Assembly: GCF_009834535.1 (NCBI RefSeq)
Contig: NC_045697.1
Span: forward strand, 13,208,001 to 13,272,000
Origin: Camelus ferus
Lineage: Eukaryota
Reading direction: 5' to 3'
DNA: 64,000 nt
Shown here: positions 1 to 12,995 of the stretch, one piece after another
Numbering within the stretch: position 1 is the stretch's first letter
How the letters are laid out: each line of letters opens with the position of its first letter
Notes under the pieces: model-generated
The model's input: only the letters and a program-made list of their open reading frames with translations
Told to the model about the DNA's origin: nothing
Database searches by the model: none
Translations under genes and position numbers: made by a program

Positions 1-83
1 AACTATTTTTTAAAAATTTAATTGTGGTTTAAAAAAAAATAGAAACCCACAACAGAATGGATAAACCAAATGTGGTGTGTATA

Positions 84-845
84 TATAGCATTTTATTTAT
101 CCACTCGTCTATTGATGGAAACTTGGATTGCTTCCACATTTTGATTGTTACACATAAGTGTAATGCTGTTATGAACATGGATGTACAAATACTATTCCAG
201 TTCCTGCTTTCAGTTTTTTGAGTATATACTCAGAAGTGAACTTGATGGATCTTATGTTACTTCTAATTTTAATTTTTTGAGAAACCACCATGTTTTCCTG
301 AGTGGCCGCACAATTTTATATTCCCACCAACAGTTCAGAAATGTTCCAATTTATCCACATCTTCACCAAAACTTCTCTCTCTCCTTCCTTCCTTCCTTCC
401 TCCCGAGGGGGGCGGGAGGGAGGGAGGGAGGAGGGAGGGAGGGAGGCGGGAGGGAGGGCAGGGGTGAGGAGAGGGGCGGGCGGGCCGGAAGAAGAAGGGA
501 GGGAGGGCGGGAAGAAAGAAAGAAAGGAGGAACGCAAACGAACGGGAGGAGCAGAAAGAAGGGGGAAGGAGGGAGGAAGGGGTGCCGGCTGAGAAGGGGG
601 GCGGCGTACTTTCGTGCGGCAGGTGATGCTTGCGGGCGGCAGGGCGGAGGGAGGCGGGCGGAAGGGGGGAGGGAGGGTTTGTTATTGAGGTCTTCTGTGC
701 TTTCGGGTTTCGTTTCTTCTTTCTTCTTTCTTTCTTTGTTTTTTCTTGTTCCTCCCCCTTTCTCTCTCTCTTTCTTTCTTTTTCTTTCTCCTCTTTTCTT
801 CCTTCCTTTTTGTGTAGTAGCCATCTTAATTGGTGTGAGCTGGTT
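84..845 (-). mobile_element. Old L1 fragment (ORF2 3' end/3'UTR region), interrupted by a low-complexity block at ~372-810
   Basis: Antisense L1 text 'ttatttatccactcgtctattgatggaaacttggattgcttccac...ttcccaccaacagt...ccacatcttcaccaa' resumes after the block as 'tagtagccatcttaattggtgtgagctggt'. Confidence 0.8.
372..810. repeat. Low-complexity purine/pyrimidine block: (CCTT)n, (GGGA)n/(GAAA)n, then (CTTT)n; possibly an assembly artefact
   Basis: Seen directly. It is GC- and CpG-rich in an AT-rich window and generates all five overlapping ORFs at 181-872. Confidence 0.85.
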
Positions 846-1074
846 AGCCCTCATCCTGAAGTGATAGCATAAGTAGAATGGGATTTTCTACATTTTCTAC
901 TAACTTTGTAGATACTATTGTTCAAATTCAGGCTTCTAATGCTGCTTTTGAAAATGTAGCTGTGCGTATGATTAATCATCCTTCATTTACAAGTAAATCT
1001 ATCCTTTCTTTGTGATCACTTTTAAGATTGTCTGTTTGTCTTCAGTGTTCAGTACTTTGATTCAGGCGTGTCTA

Positions 1075-2390
1075 GGTGTTCACTGATCTACTGAAATGTG
1101 CTTATCAAGCCAACAATGACCTCCAAACTAACTCCTAAAGTACATGGATATCTGTCCTCAGTCTTTCAGCATATTTTGGGATTATTCAACAAAAATAAAT
1201 ATTTCCATTTATTGAAACACTCAGTTTCTGTGATTCCACATTCTCATAGCTTTCCTTTATCCAAATAATAATTCCAGGTAGGATTTTTTTTGTACGTTCC
1301 TTAGTCCTATCTGACCTCTAAATATTTGATATTCCCAAGATTGGTGACAGGTTTTACTCTCTTCTCTCTTGCTACACCTTTTCTGGGTGATCACCTCCAT
1401 GTCAGTGGTTTTAAATATCAGCTATATGTTTATGACTCCTAATTATATACTTTTGGCCCAAACTTGCTCCAAGTTTCATACACATATGGCAGATCTTCTA
1501 TCTAGAGTGACCTCTGAAATTTATTGAGTGGTATTAATGACTACTCTCATCATTCTAACATTTTTCTCACTCAATCCAGTCTGCTCCATATAATATAAAT
1601 GATGTCACCATCAAACAAGATGTTTGAGCCAAAATGTAGTAGTAACACTCTCTCTGTATCCTCTACATCTTAACTCCCCGCATGTTCTACAATTACTGTC
1701 TCTATCTTCACTGGATATCCATAGCTAAAACTACTCTCAACTCTCACCTGGTCACCTCCAAAGATGGTCTCTGAGACTGGGTTTTCCATCTTACCTTCCA
1801 ATAGTCTATTCTATTTTAAATAGAGTAATCTTTTGAAAAATGTCAATCAGATCAAATTTCTCCCCTGCTCGAAAGCTTCCAAGGGACTTAGAATAAAGTC
1901 TGAACTTCCTAATGGTAACCCACAAATTTAGCATGCTTTTTCTCTGGCCACCTCTCCAACACCATCTGCTGCTGCTCTCTCCTTTGCTCACTGGTCTGTA
2001 GCCCAGTTGTTCTCCTTGTAATTTCTTGACCAGGCCAAGCTTATTTGTGCCTTGTAGTCTTTGTATTGTTGTTTCAGCGATTTGAACATTCTTTCTGGTT
2101 TCTTTTCAGCCTTCAAATCTCAGCTTAAATTCTGTTGAGGCCAAACCTCAATCCTTTCTTGAATGACATCATCCTCTTATCCCCAATCATTACCACTTCA
2201 GGGCTTTTTTTATTTTCTATGAGGCACTTGCCAAAATCTAATATCACCCTACATATTATAATGTCTGCCTCCTTTTACTATAACACAAACTTCATGAGGC
2301 AGAGACCATGCTTATCCAGGATCTCTCAAAGATTCTGTCACAGAACATTCTCAATCAATACTTGCTCCATTAACTTTAAATAATGAATCA
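1075..2390 (+). mobile_element. L2 LINE, degraded 3' portion
   Basis: Pyrimidine-rich L2-type text ('aatgacctcca', 'tctcagcttaaat', 'catgaggcagagaccatg') ending in an L2-like tail 'ctcaatcaatacttg...aatgaat'. Confidence 0.65.
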
Positions 2391-3272
2391 AAGAATAACT
2401 GGGGATTAGCACATGTCCCTAACTTTATTAAAGTCTAATAGAAGAGACTGGTATGAAAGAAATGTTTTCCAAATAATAACAAACTATGACAAGAATATGA
2501 AAGATAAAGAATTAAATATACATATACTACATGTAATTTTTATTTTCTTTAACTATTTTGACTCTGATTTTATATGTATTTAATACTCAGAAGAGTAACT
2601 TTTATAAAATAAATGACCACAACTAATTAGATGATAGAATCTGTGTGTCAGAAATGTCTGGCTCCTTTTAGATAGACAAAGAGGGACTGGTGAACAGCTT
2701 CTGGATATTCAAGAGGGATTATGTTCCAGAAGCCCTTTTCTGCCAAAATCAGTTTGTTCTCTCCTCTTACTTCTCTGAGTTCTTCCTGTAACTTCGGGTC
2801 TTGGCAGGATTCTATTATATCTCACCAAAGTCATTGCTAGTAGCATTTACTTGCCTCTAACATTATTCTTCTTGCTCACATCCTCTTGAGACTCCCCCCT
2901 AGTATTTCAGGACCTTTTTGATATTTTTAACTGCTCCGCTAGCAATGACCTCAAACATAGCTTCTAGTTTTACCTTCAGAGGACCAAGCTTTGTTCACGG
3001 TAGTGGTGCTGAAATAGTTCAAGGAAGAAAGGCAGCAATTGGGCCAGAGTAGTTAAGGCTGACTTGCATAGTTGGTTCCCCAACATGAGCATAGCAATGA
3101 TGCATCTACTTCTGTTTCTGTAAGCTCAGGGTTTTGCATCTTAGGATATATAAGAATCAAAACCACTTAAGCATAAGAAAATCACACCATCTACCATCCT
3201 AAAATAACTTTAAGTTCTTCACATGTGAACACCCATCACAAACAAGATTCACTCTTGTGAATGAAGATTCAC

Positions 3273-3323
<51 letters not shown>
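3273..3323. repeat. Compound microsatellite (TA)n(GA)n
   Basis: Seen directly. Confidence 0.95.
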
Positions 3324-3325
<2 letters not shown>

Positions 3326-3329
3326 GTCA

Positions 3330-3900
3330 CTTTCTTCCAAGCACTGTTCTAGCATTGGGAAATCCTCAGTGAACATGAAAAAAGTGGTCTCTGCCTCCAT
3401 GAAATAAATATTTTGGTGGGGAAAGGGAAGATAATAAACACATGAATATATACTTGAGATAAACCAATATGCAGTGAGTATATATATGTGCCAAACACTC
3501 TTTTAGTACTTCTATTGCAGAAGTTAAAAAAAAAGATATCTAACAAATTCAAATTCTGTGAAAAAATAAAATGGAATAATAAGATTGAGTGTATTGATTA
3601 AGGATGGAAGGGATCAACATAATACACTTAGATCCATGGTCAGAGAAGAATATCAAGTTGGGATTTGAATGATCATGAGGCAACAGCAATGCAAAGATCT
3701 GGGGTAAAATGAGACAGAGAAAACAGTCCAAACATAGCAAATGAGCTTGGCTTGATCAAGAGACAGCAGGAAGTCATTCTGTCTGGAACATGATGGAAGA
3801 GAAAGTAGTAGGAGATGAGACTGTGCAAATAGTTAAGCTCAAGGTCTTAGAGATAATTATCATAAATTCAGATTTTATCAAATCACACTGTATAGTCATA
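3330..3900 (-). mobile_element. L2 fragment
   Basis: 'caagcactgttctagcattgggaaatcctcagtgaac...ctgcctccatg' followed by purine-rich antisense L2 body. Confidence 0.55.
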
Positions 3901-4974
3901 AGTTAAATTCTTCATAAGGATGTTGGGTACAGACGAGCAGCCTGAGCAGCGCATCTAGTATCTTTGCAAATAGCTGTTTTACACAAGGTTGTCCTAGTTG
4001 CTCCTGACTTGAGTCAGAAACCTTAGATGCAAGCCTTGATTATGGCATCCACCTCAGTCAACAACATGCCTCTACAGGAAGTGGACCTTCCTTGGCCTCA
4101 CAGCTGACTTTTAATATCTGGTTATAATGCTAGGAATGCTATTGTAATGTCTGGAAGCTCCATTGCTAAATTAAAGAAAAATTGTTTTCCTAAAGACAAA
4201 TATTCACAGAAGATCATTTTTTTTTTGTATTTTTAAAATGTGGTATGAGTGAAATGTTTTACTTCCCCTCAGATAGATACACTTGCATAAAAACTGTTTT
4301 GGTGAATGTCCATTTGGTCTTCGAGACGTTAATTAGTAATGTCAAGGTTAGGAAAGTTCTTAATCAACTTATAAAATTTTGAATGCAAAGTGGACCTGAG
4401 GAGGTTTATACACCAATCTCCAAATATACCCCTCAACTTATATCTGTCCCCCATACTTTTAGTAACCTGTATACTACTTGAGACAGTAGTATTACATTTT
4501 GATCATATTCCATTGTTAGAAAAACATTTTATTTAATGAATGAATTTTTTCTTGAGACTTCCTACTCCGTGTGGTCTTGACTTTATTTTCTGGAAGGATT
4601 TCATATTCCATAGACAGTCATGCAAGAATGCAATCATATCTCAGTCTAATGCCTCTCTAAATTGAGCACATAAAATTCTCTCAAATTAGTCTGAAAACCG
4701 TTTTTTTCTGTTTGGTTGCTTCCCAGAGATACAATCAAATGAATCAATGTTCTTTTTAAAGTGTTATGTCTAGGAAAACAAAATATTTCTAATGGACACT
4801 CTAACCAGCACTAAATAATTATCACCTTCTTTCTGAAACCCCCTATTCTTTCTAAAAACCTAATCACTAAGAGGTTTCCTGCTTCTGAACTTTGTCTTAA
4901 AGAAGTTTTCATATTAAACACTAGTTTTGTGTGTTCATGGAAGCCCTCCTCGTAGCCTGTGGCAGTCTCACTCT

Positions 4975-5110
4975 TTAGTAATAATAGGCAACATTTATTG
5001 AGCTGTTATTTTGTTATTTTGTACTATCGAAAATGCTTCATTTCCCAAGTCATTTAATGCTCACCCCTCTGAGGTGGATGCTGTCTTTATTCCCATTTTA
5101 CTGATGGATG
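4975..5110 (-). mobile_element. MIR SINE fragment
   Basis: 'aacatttattgagc...catttaatgctcac...gaggtgg...ttattcccattttactgatg' matches the antisense MIR core. Confidence 0.7.
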
Positions 5111-8100
5111 ATTGACTAAAAGAATAAATGAGTGAAAGAATTCTGATTATTCTCCCACCTTATCTGGAGCCACAAATGGAGTCTGAGTGTCATTTCTATT
5201 CTTGGAAAATCATGCTTTCAGGATGCCATTAGCTGACTTGCTAATGGAAAATATTACTTCTCAGATAAGGGAGCTGGAGATGTAGAAAAGTTTTTAAAGT
5301 ATCAAAAAATAAAGCTATAATGAATGAAATAATATACTTATAACTGATGTCTAACTGAAGGGCTTGCTCACCTTAAAAACCACCCCTTTTAGGCAACGCC
5401 TTACTTCCTGCATATTCCAGCAGCTGTATCTGCCCAGATCCACTGAGCAAGGTGATCTCTCCAGATTCCAGACAAGGTAATTATAGGGAGACATCCATTC
5501 TCACCCCCTCACTCTGGTGTACCAAACGGCCGTTCAGTCAGTCTGGGAAGTTTCTAGGAATTACCCCTGTTCCCTGCAGTTCCTGTAAGGCAGCAGCCTA
5601 CACATTCCCTCTTTCTTAGCACACAGAAGGTTCCCCTTCATTTGCTGTTGTGATTTAAAGACAGCAGAGTCTAACTCCCAAATTTAATTTCAGACACATG
5701 TGCCTTGGATCAAATATCCTGCTGGCTGCTGCCCAAAACTTTTTTTTTTTTTTCACCTTCGATTTCCTGAGTTAATTATCTCAAACTCAGATAAAGCCAG
5801 GATCCAAATTGTATGAAAAATCATATCATTAGCCATTACGGAATGAGTTTCAGATTTAAAACAATTGCAGAACATGAGCTGTGGTACAATAATGAGGAAA
5901 AATATTCACCCCTAGAACAATTTTCCGATTCAGCATTTTACTAGGTGTGGCTATGTTTTAAACGTATTTCTTTTCCTTGCCATCTTTGTCAGTATCCCCA
6001 GTAAACAGGTCTGTGCAGCAAGACCTGCACTGGAATTGTTGCAGAGTGACTCAATAACCGCCTTCATTATCCCAAGTATGGTTAGATGGAGGATGGTGAC
6101 CAGCTGTTCTCCCTGTCTGATGAGGCAAGAACAAGAGAAGAAGGGCAGAAATTGCAGCTGGAGGGAATTCAAATGATGTAAGGAGGAACTCTGGGGGTAG
6201 CATGCATGGTTAAGCAGAGGAGGAGTTAGCAGAGCAGTTAATTCCATCCCTGACAACGTGTCTGGAATGGTTTGGTGAGCTTTACATAAGGTAAGGAGTT
6301 CACCTAGACGACCTTGACAGAACTTTCTGGTTCCAAGATTCTGCCTTCATTCCTCATTCTATATTTCAATTGGTGGCCTTGAAGTCTATTTTATGATGCA
6401 AACAATTTGCAAAAGTAAAATCAATGGAGGTGTTTTAAAAATTGCAGACCTAAGAAATTATATAATGTAGAGACCACAAAAATTGGGCTTGAGAATCAAG
6501 CAGACAGGAGTCCAGGCTCAGCTGTGTATTTGTTTTCTGACCTCAGGCAAGTCATGTGCTGTTCCTTTGCTTAGTTTATGATGGTGTTATGAGAAATGGA
6601 CAAACTGTCTGTTAAGCCCAAAAATACAAATAAATGAAAATATTCCTACTTTAATCAGCAAATCTTGATGCACTCTGCAATTGTGTCGTTAGATCATCCG
6701 TTAAGATTTGTTAATCTCTCACCTCTTGAGTTTCACCATAACCCTTGAGATTGAGGGTTAGTATTTTATAGTCCTGAAAAACTAGGACTTCAAGAAATTG
6801 AGGACCTTGTCCAGGATCACATGGCAAATAAAGATAATTTAGTTACTAGAACTGAAACTTTACCTTGCTTTTCTAGGTCTGGATCAATTGTTTCTACTGT
6901 TTCATTATTTATCGCACTTCACCTAATAAAGTCTGTAGATTTACTGTGACAAACGAAGGGAATAACCACAACTATCACAACTGTGACCTTTTCTCAGCAT
7001 GAGAAAGCATTTTAAAACAGACTGTTCTGGGGACATCTTAATCTATAGTTCCAAAAAACTAAAGTCAGTGTTATTTTATGACAATTTTCAGCAGTAAAAT
7101 CTTTACTTAGCAAGCTCCCTTTTCCTTTTAGATCTGTTTATATTATCTTGCAGTTATATAAGCCCAGCATCACAGACAGTGACCAGTGGGGCCTGATGCA
7201 CCATCTTCATGGGGCGAATTTATAGGACCATATATCTCTATGGGCATTTCTTTAAGGGGAATAAAGATCCTATGGGGAATGGGGTGACCTATTAAATAGC
7301 TTCCTTAGGAGTAAGAATCTCAAAAGCCTAGCTTAGACTGGAAGAAATGAATTCTCATGTGTGCCACTCTCCACCTGGCCCTAAACTGTAGGTCAGTGTA
7401 TGGTGCTCAAATGACCTCTTTCCCACATTTTTTGAAAGTGAAAGCGTAATGAAATGTGCACAGCTTTCCTCAGCTCCTCATCTGGGATCCTTCATTCAAA
7501 CTGCACAATCCAGAAAAATGACCCCAGTGACTATTATCTCAATTCCTTCAAAGAGGATTCTTAGTAGTATCATAGTAAATGAATAGGAAAGAAGGAAATT
7601 CATTAGGTAAAAGACGCCTCTTAGAGCTTCAGGGCCGGATTCTCTTGCAGAGCCCCTGCTAGGCTGATGGAAGCAACTATGCAGTTGGTGTTTCCTCAGT
7701 CACTGTTTCCTCATTTCCCTAATGGTCTCAGCCTTTCTAAGATGCTCCACCTCCACTGTTCTACCCACTGTCCTATCAAAATGCAACTGTTGCCAACAGT
7801 CCCTCATCATTCCAAGGACCTTGATACTATATAAAGCCTGATCTAGCCTTGTTTCACCACCAACTAGTAAAAACAAATAGCAGAATGAGTATGAAAAAGC
7901 AGAGTCACGTGAGTCAAAATGTTTACGTAAATTCAGTTCCTATTGGATAAATTGTACAAGCATATAACTGCTAAGTTTCATAAGGAAAAGAACAGTTGTG
8001 ATCATCTTGTTTCGGCTCACCACCAGATCATTATTTAGCCAATGATTTCAATCATGATATATCTACAAACAGTACAGGAGGCTAGGACACTATCAAATAC

Positions 8101-8319
8101 CATCATAAAAATTACTTGATAGCATTTTTCAAGGTAAAATATAAGAACTGGATGTTCAAGGATTGGGTCCACCAAAATGCCCAGGTTTGGAAAACAATAT
8201 GAATAGAACCTGAAAGTCTGTTCGGCAGAAATATCAATTTATTATGGAAACAAGATAACTAAATATATAAATGTATGAATACCTTTTGTTACATTTATAT
8301 ACAGGGGCATATATAAAAC

Positions 8320-8352
8320 ATGTGTGTATGTGTGTGTGTGTGTGTGTATGTA
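8320..8352. repeat. (TG)n microsatellite
   Basis: Seen directly. Confidence 0.9.
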
Positions 8353-9950
8353 ATTAAATTTGTTCCAGTTAACTGTGGGTTAAAATTAACTAGTGTATTC
8401 TGGGCTCTGTTAGGAGCACAAAAATAGAAGTTGTAATGGATGCTGGCCTCTTAACTTGTTTGTACAATGACACAGGATCCGTTGATCTCACATGGACCTA
8501 CGTTCCTGCCTTGTCCAGACAAGAGAGTGAGTTAAGGAGAAGATACCGAGGAAAGCACTGTAGATCCTCACTGATAGCATCTTTGCCCTGCCTGGAAAGC
8601 ACTGTGAGTAGGTAAAATGGAAAATGGAAAATGCCATGTGCTCTGCAATGCAGCCAGATGTTGGGTTGTATCAGGAAACTCTACTGAGAGCAGAGGTTCC
8701 AGGGAACACAGCTGGAGTTCAAGATAAAAATTCAGCCCTTCTATTTAACAGTGATGTAACTGAGGGTTGGTAACTTAAATTTACTAAACCTCTGCTTTCT
8801 TATCTGAGAACTACGCATAATACACAAACTTGCAGTGTTTGGAGAGAAGATTAGCACTTCAGTACTTATACTCCAGATGCTTAAGTGGTAATTATTTTCT
8901 AGATAAATTCTCAGACTGATTTTTTCCCTAACAATGATAAAAAAATGCATGTGTATAAAAACATGCCTTCATCTTGATTTAGATATTTTCCCCCTTTGGG
9001 GTCATCTCTTTTTCCCCTCTCATGAAACTGGTGGGTAAGGAGGAGACTTTTAGAACAACTTCAAGAAAAAAACAGCCAGTGTTCCTAATACAATCCCTCT
9101 GCCTGTTCCTTTGTTGAGTAGGAAATATAAGGCCAAGTACCTTAATAAACTGACCAGCATATTGCACGTATATGATAAAAATTGTCAAACAGAACGACCA
9201 CAGAATGGTCAAACCCCTTTCCAATTCTAATGCCTGCAGATGCAGGTGGCATTGGGAGAGAAACTTAATTTTACCTTGTGCTGCACCAAACTTCCATTCA
9301 GGCTCTGACAAAAGCCCCTGTAATTGCGTAAGAAAGAACAACAGCGGAAAAGAGAGTGAAAGGGAACTTTGGGGAGTTAAGTTGGTGATAGACTGAGAAA
9401 GAGGGGAAGTGGGTAACGGACCAGCAGGCTGAGACATGACACTGGGCCTCACACGGACTGTGACTGAAAGTCATTACCACCTGCAAGCTGCCCATTCAAC
9501 CATGAGACTGTGTCTTCAGCATTGATTCTGTCCCTGCTGGTCTCAGGCCCAGCGCAGGGCCTCATCAGCTGGGACGCCTCGGGAAGCAAACAGGACAAAA
9601 ATTAAAGAAGTAAATTTTTTTAAAAAGGAGGAAAAAGAAGCAAGTGCTGGTCTGGTGTAAAAGAGTAGCCCTTTGCTGCAGAGATGCTCTTTCTGAATGG
9701 GCCACCGCGAGGCAACGGTGCGCTGCTTCAACAGAAATGGCTCACACGTATCCAGTGTTTTCCACAAGCAGGAGGCAATAAAACCCAAATTAACAAAAGT
9801 TTTTTTTTTTTTTCCCAGTATATCTTTTTGAAACCTCTATATCTGTAACATATTAGGAGGAATTATAGATGACCTGTGACTTTAATGCAGATGGTAGGCA
9901 GGAAAAAAAATGACAACCTCAAGAATATTACACAAGAAGAGATATATTTT

Positions 9951-10091
9951 ATTTTGGGGGACTTTTTTGGGGGAGGAATAGGTAATTAGGTTTATTTCTT
10001 TATTTATTTGTTAGTGGAGGTACTGGGGCTTGAACCCAGGACCTCATGAATGTTAAGCACACCCTTTGCACTGAGCTCTACCCACCTCCTC
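9951..10091 (-). mobile_element. tRNA-derived SINE, camelid Vic-1-like
   Basis: Antisense A/B-box head ('gaggtactggggcttgaacccaggacctc...actgagctcta') with 'aggtaattaggtttattt' tail. TSD gagat(a/c)tatttt at 9939-9950 and 10092-10103. Confidence 0.88.
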
Positions 10092-10275
10092 GAGATCTAT
10101 TTTAGATTAATAATATTGTAGTATAGCAATATTATAGTAATAATAGTGATAGTATAGTAATAGTATTAAAACTGAAAAGCTACTGAAATAAAACTTTGCA
10201 CACATTTTCTCACTTTCCACACTAATGCTGTTATTTATATAACTTTAATCCTCTTTCACAGGTGAGGAAAAGGAA

Positions 10276-10660
10276 TGTTATATGTTAAATTGTGTCCCCA
10301 AATTAATAGGTTAAATCCTTAACACCCACCCGCACTTCAGAATGTAACCTTATTTGAAAGTAGGGTCATTGCAGATGTGATTAGTTAACACGAGGTTGCA
10401 CTGGGTAGAGTTATGATTGGGGAAATTTGGACATAAACACATGTGCAAGGAGAAGACCACATTGCTTGCCATGAGCCAAGGAACTACCAGAAGCTAGGAA
10501 GAAAACCTAGAACAGATTTTCCCTTACTTCAGAGGGAGCAGAGCCCTGCCAACACCTTGATCTCAGAATTCTAGCCTCCAGAACTGTGAGACAATCCATT
10601 TCTCCCTTCCAAGTTTCCAGTTTGTGGTACCTTGTTATTGATAGCCTTAGCAAAGTAACA
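10276..10660 (+). mobile_element. MaLR LTR (MLT1B/C-like), inserted into a MIR
   Basis: TG...CA ends; 'aattgtgtcccc', 'agagggagcagagccctgccaacaccttgat', 'ctagcctccagaactgtgagacaat'. Antisense MIR halves lie at ~10200-10275 and ~10661-10760. Confidence 0.85.
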
Positions 10661-11187
10661 GAAGGAGATTGAAAGTGATTAAATGCTTTTCCCAACCTTA
10701 CAGAGACAATCAGTTGTGAAGCTGAGATTTGAACCCTGACCTATCTGACTCCGCTACATTTATTCAACTCTTAGTTTCTTTTGTTTCTTCAAACAAATAC
10801 ATAGCTACATTGAAAGCACACCAAGTGATATTTGGTTCAATGCATCTGATACCTGGTTATACTCTGCCAATGACATCTATACCGGTGGCTCATCACATCT
10901 CTTCTTACACATCACCATAGAGAGGTATCTCCCTGCCTTCCAAAGTGGTCCATTCCTATCTTGAATAATCTGCAATGTTAGGAAGCCATGAGTCTTCCTC
11001 AAAGCTTAGCTCAAATCTCAGCCCTTCTGTAAAGCTTCCCTCAAATGACCACATACCTAATGCAGAAAAATTAATAAATCCACTGGAACCTACACAGTAT
11101 GTTTTTTTAATGCTGCCAACACAGTGCCTTCCTCTCCTTATCACTTTACTCTAATTTGAAGAAGCAAGACAATTTAATGATTTAGAG

Positions 11188-11371
11188 CACTTGTTCTTAA
11201 AGTGTGGTCCCCAAAACTGCAGTATCAGTGCCCCTGGGAGCTTGTTAGAATATAAACTCCCAGCCCCAACCTGAAACTTGCTGAATCAGAAAGCATGGAT
11301 GGGGTCCAGCCATTGTCTTCTAAGGAGTTCTCCAAGTGATTGTGACAGATACTAAACTTTGTGAACCTCTG
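11188..11371. mobile_element. MER5A-like hAT-Charlie MITE
   Basis: Degenerate TIRs 'cacttgttcttaaag' and 'ctttgtgaacctctg'; internal 'gtgtggtcccc', 'gggagcttgttagaa', 'ctgaatcagaa'. Flanks atttagag/gtttaggg resemble an 8-bp TSD. Confidence 0.8.
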
Positions 11372-11989
11372 GTTTAGGGCATGGACTTCACTCATGTATA
11401 AAGAAGAATGTTGGAACTTGCAATACAGTCTAATGACTGCGTTTATTTCCAATCTATCATAACTGGTTCCATTATAACATATATCAGGCAAATCATGTTA
11501 ATGATCGTACAATAGAATAAACTGAAATATAGTAGATATGGTAGATTAAAGCTTTCCCAAATTAAAGAAAAAATCATCAAAGTGAAAAGGTGAGATAAAA
11601 TGAGCAAATAGAGACGTACCTAGAAAAACAAAAAGTTATATTAACTTATTAGCAAAACAAATACCTACAAAAGAATAAAACTAAGCTGTTTCAAAATTGT
11701 ACTTTTCAAACTAAAGTTTTTAGAAGAAAATTTTGAGGAGAAAAATATGTATGTGTAGCCTACTAAGAAAATGAAAATTATTTTCTGGGGTTTAGAAACC
11801 ACACAATGATATACACGTGTACAATTGTTAAAATCACACACCTACACACACACACACACAACATGTTTTCTTGATAATATACTACTCCTACTTACTGAAG
11901 GAAGAAAAGACAGGAAAAAACCGAAACCACTCAAAAAATGGAAAACCATAGCATAAAATCCCAACTGTGCATTCAACACCAGCTGGAAT

Positions 11990-12580
11990 TTCTCATCTGT
12001 TTCCCTTGATAAGACATTTTTTCTACTTCCTCATTGACCACTTGATCCTTTCTTTGCTTCCTCAAATCTCTGACCTCTTTTGCCTTTTTCGTTCTCTGCT
12101 AATGAATGTATCTTACACTTCATAGAGTAACATTTTCACACCACATAGGAACAATTGCATGTTTCCATGCAGGTTTAAAATAGTCATCTGTCTCAATCCA
12201 CGTGCTTACTGCTACATTGCAGTAGAAGGTGTCCATGCATCCTGCCAGTGGCCAAATCTTCCACGTCTGGTCTAGATCCCATCTCAAACTGTCTTTCTGG
12301 CATTATTAGTTGCCCTTCCTATGCCTCCTTTCTTCTACTTCTACCTCACCATTGTATCCTTCACCAAATGTGTTGAAAATATTGTTAATTCTCAAACTCT
12401 AGTTCCTCACTTCCCATTCTCTCTTCCACCCATTCCAGTCTGGCTTCCTATCTACCGAAACTTGCTGTGTTCACAGATGATCTAGTTGCCGAATCAAATA
12501 CACGTTTTAGTCTTCAATTTTACATTAATTCTGTGTGAACATTGTCAATTGTCTAGAAAGCATCTCTCATTCTTGTCTTC
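11990..12580 (+). mobile_element. L2 fragment
   Basis: Pyrimidine-rich text with 'cccattccagtctggcttcc...ttgccgaatcaaat'. Confidence 0.55.
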
Positions 12581-12589
12581 CTTTCTAAC

Positions 12590-12995
12590 AGAATCTTAGC
12601 TATTCTAGGCACATAACACTTCATCACTTGGCCACATGCCTCACAAGACTTGTACCCCGCTCTCAGCACCATCATGATTAGCCTAAAAGTATTTCCAGTT
12701 CTCTTGCTAATGCAGAAATGAGCGGGTGACCTAATTGTTGCTAATGAAATATAAGGAGGTGTTTGTGGAAGACTTCTGGGAAAGATCTGAAAAGGAGAAA
12801 GATCTCTTTTAGAGGATGCGAACTCATATAACTCTGTTTTCCACCAGCAAGAGGGAAGCCAGCCTTAAGATGAAATTTACACTGGACAGCAGACCGAGGA
12901 GGTAGAAAAATCATGCCTTTACGACCTTGTTAAGATCCTGGATCAGTCAACCGTGGTGTGTAATCCAATATACATTCTTGTTGTCTAAGCCAACA
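12590..12995 (+). mobile_element. Old MaLR LTR (MLT1J/K-like)
   Basis: 'gtgacctaattg...aatgaaatataaggaggtgtttgtggaagacttctgggaaag', 'gagggaagccagcc', 'cctggatcag', 'tctaagcca'. Confidence 0.6.

Noticed and set aside
181..872. Five overlapping ORFs of up to 227 aa
   Set aside because: They are Gly/Arg/Pro/Phe-rich translations of low-complexity sequence inside an antisense L1.
8979..9452. 157-aa minus-strand ORF
   Set aside because: Non-ATG start, no recognisable domain and no supporting exon structure; compatible with chance.
10010..10091. tRNA gene (also ~19455-19534)
   Set aside because: These are tRNA-like heads of SINEs, with family tail and TSDs.
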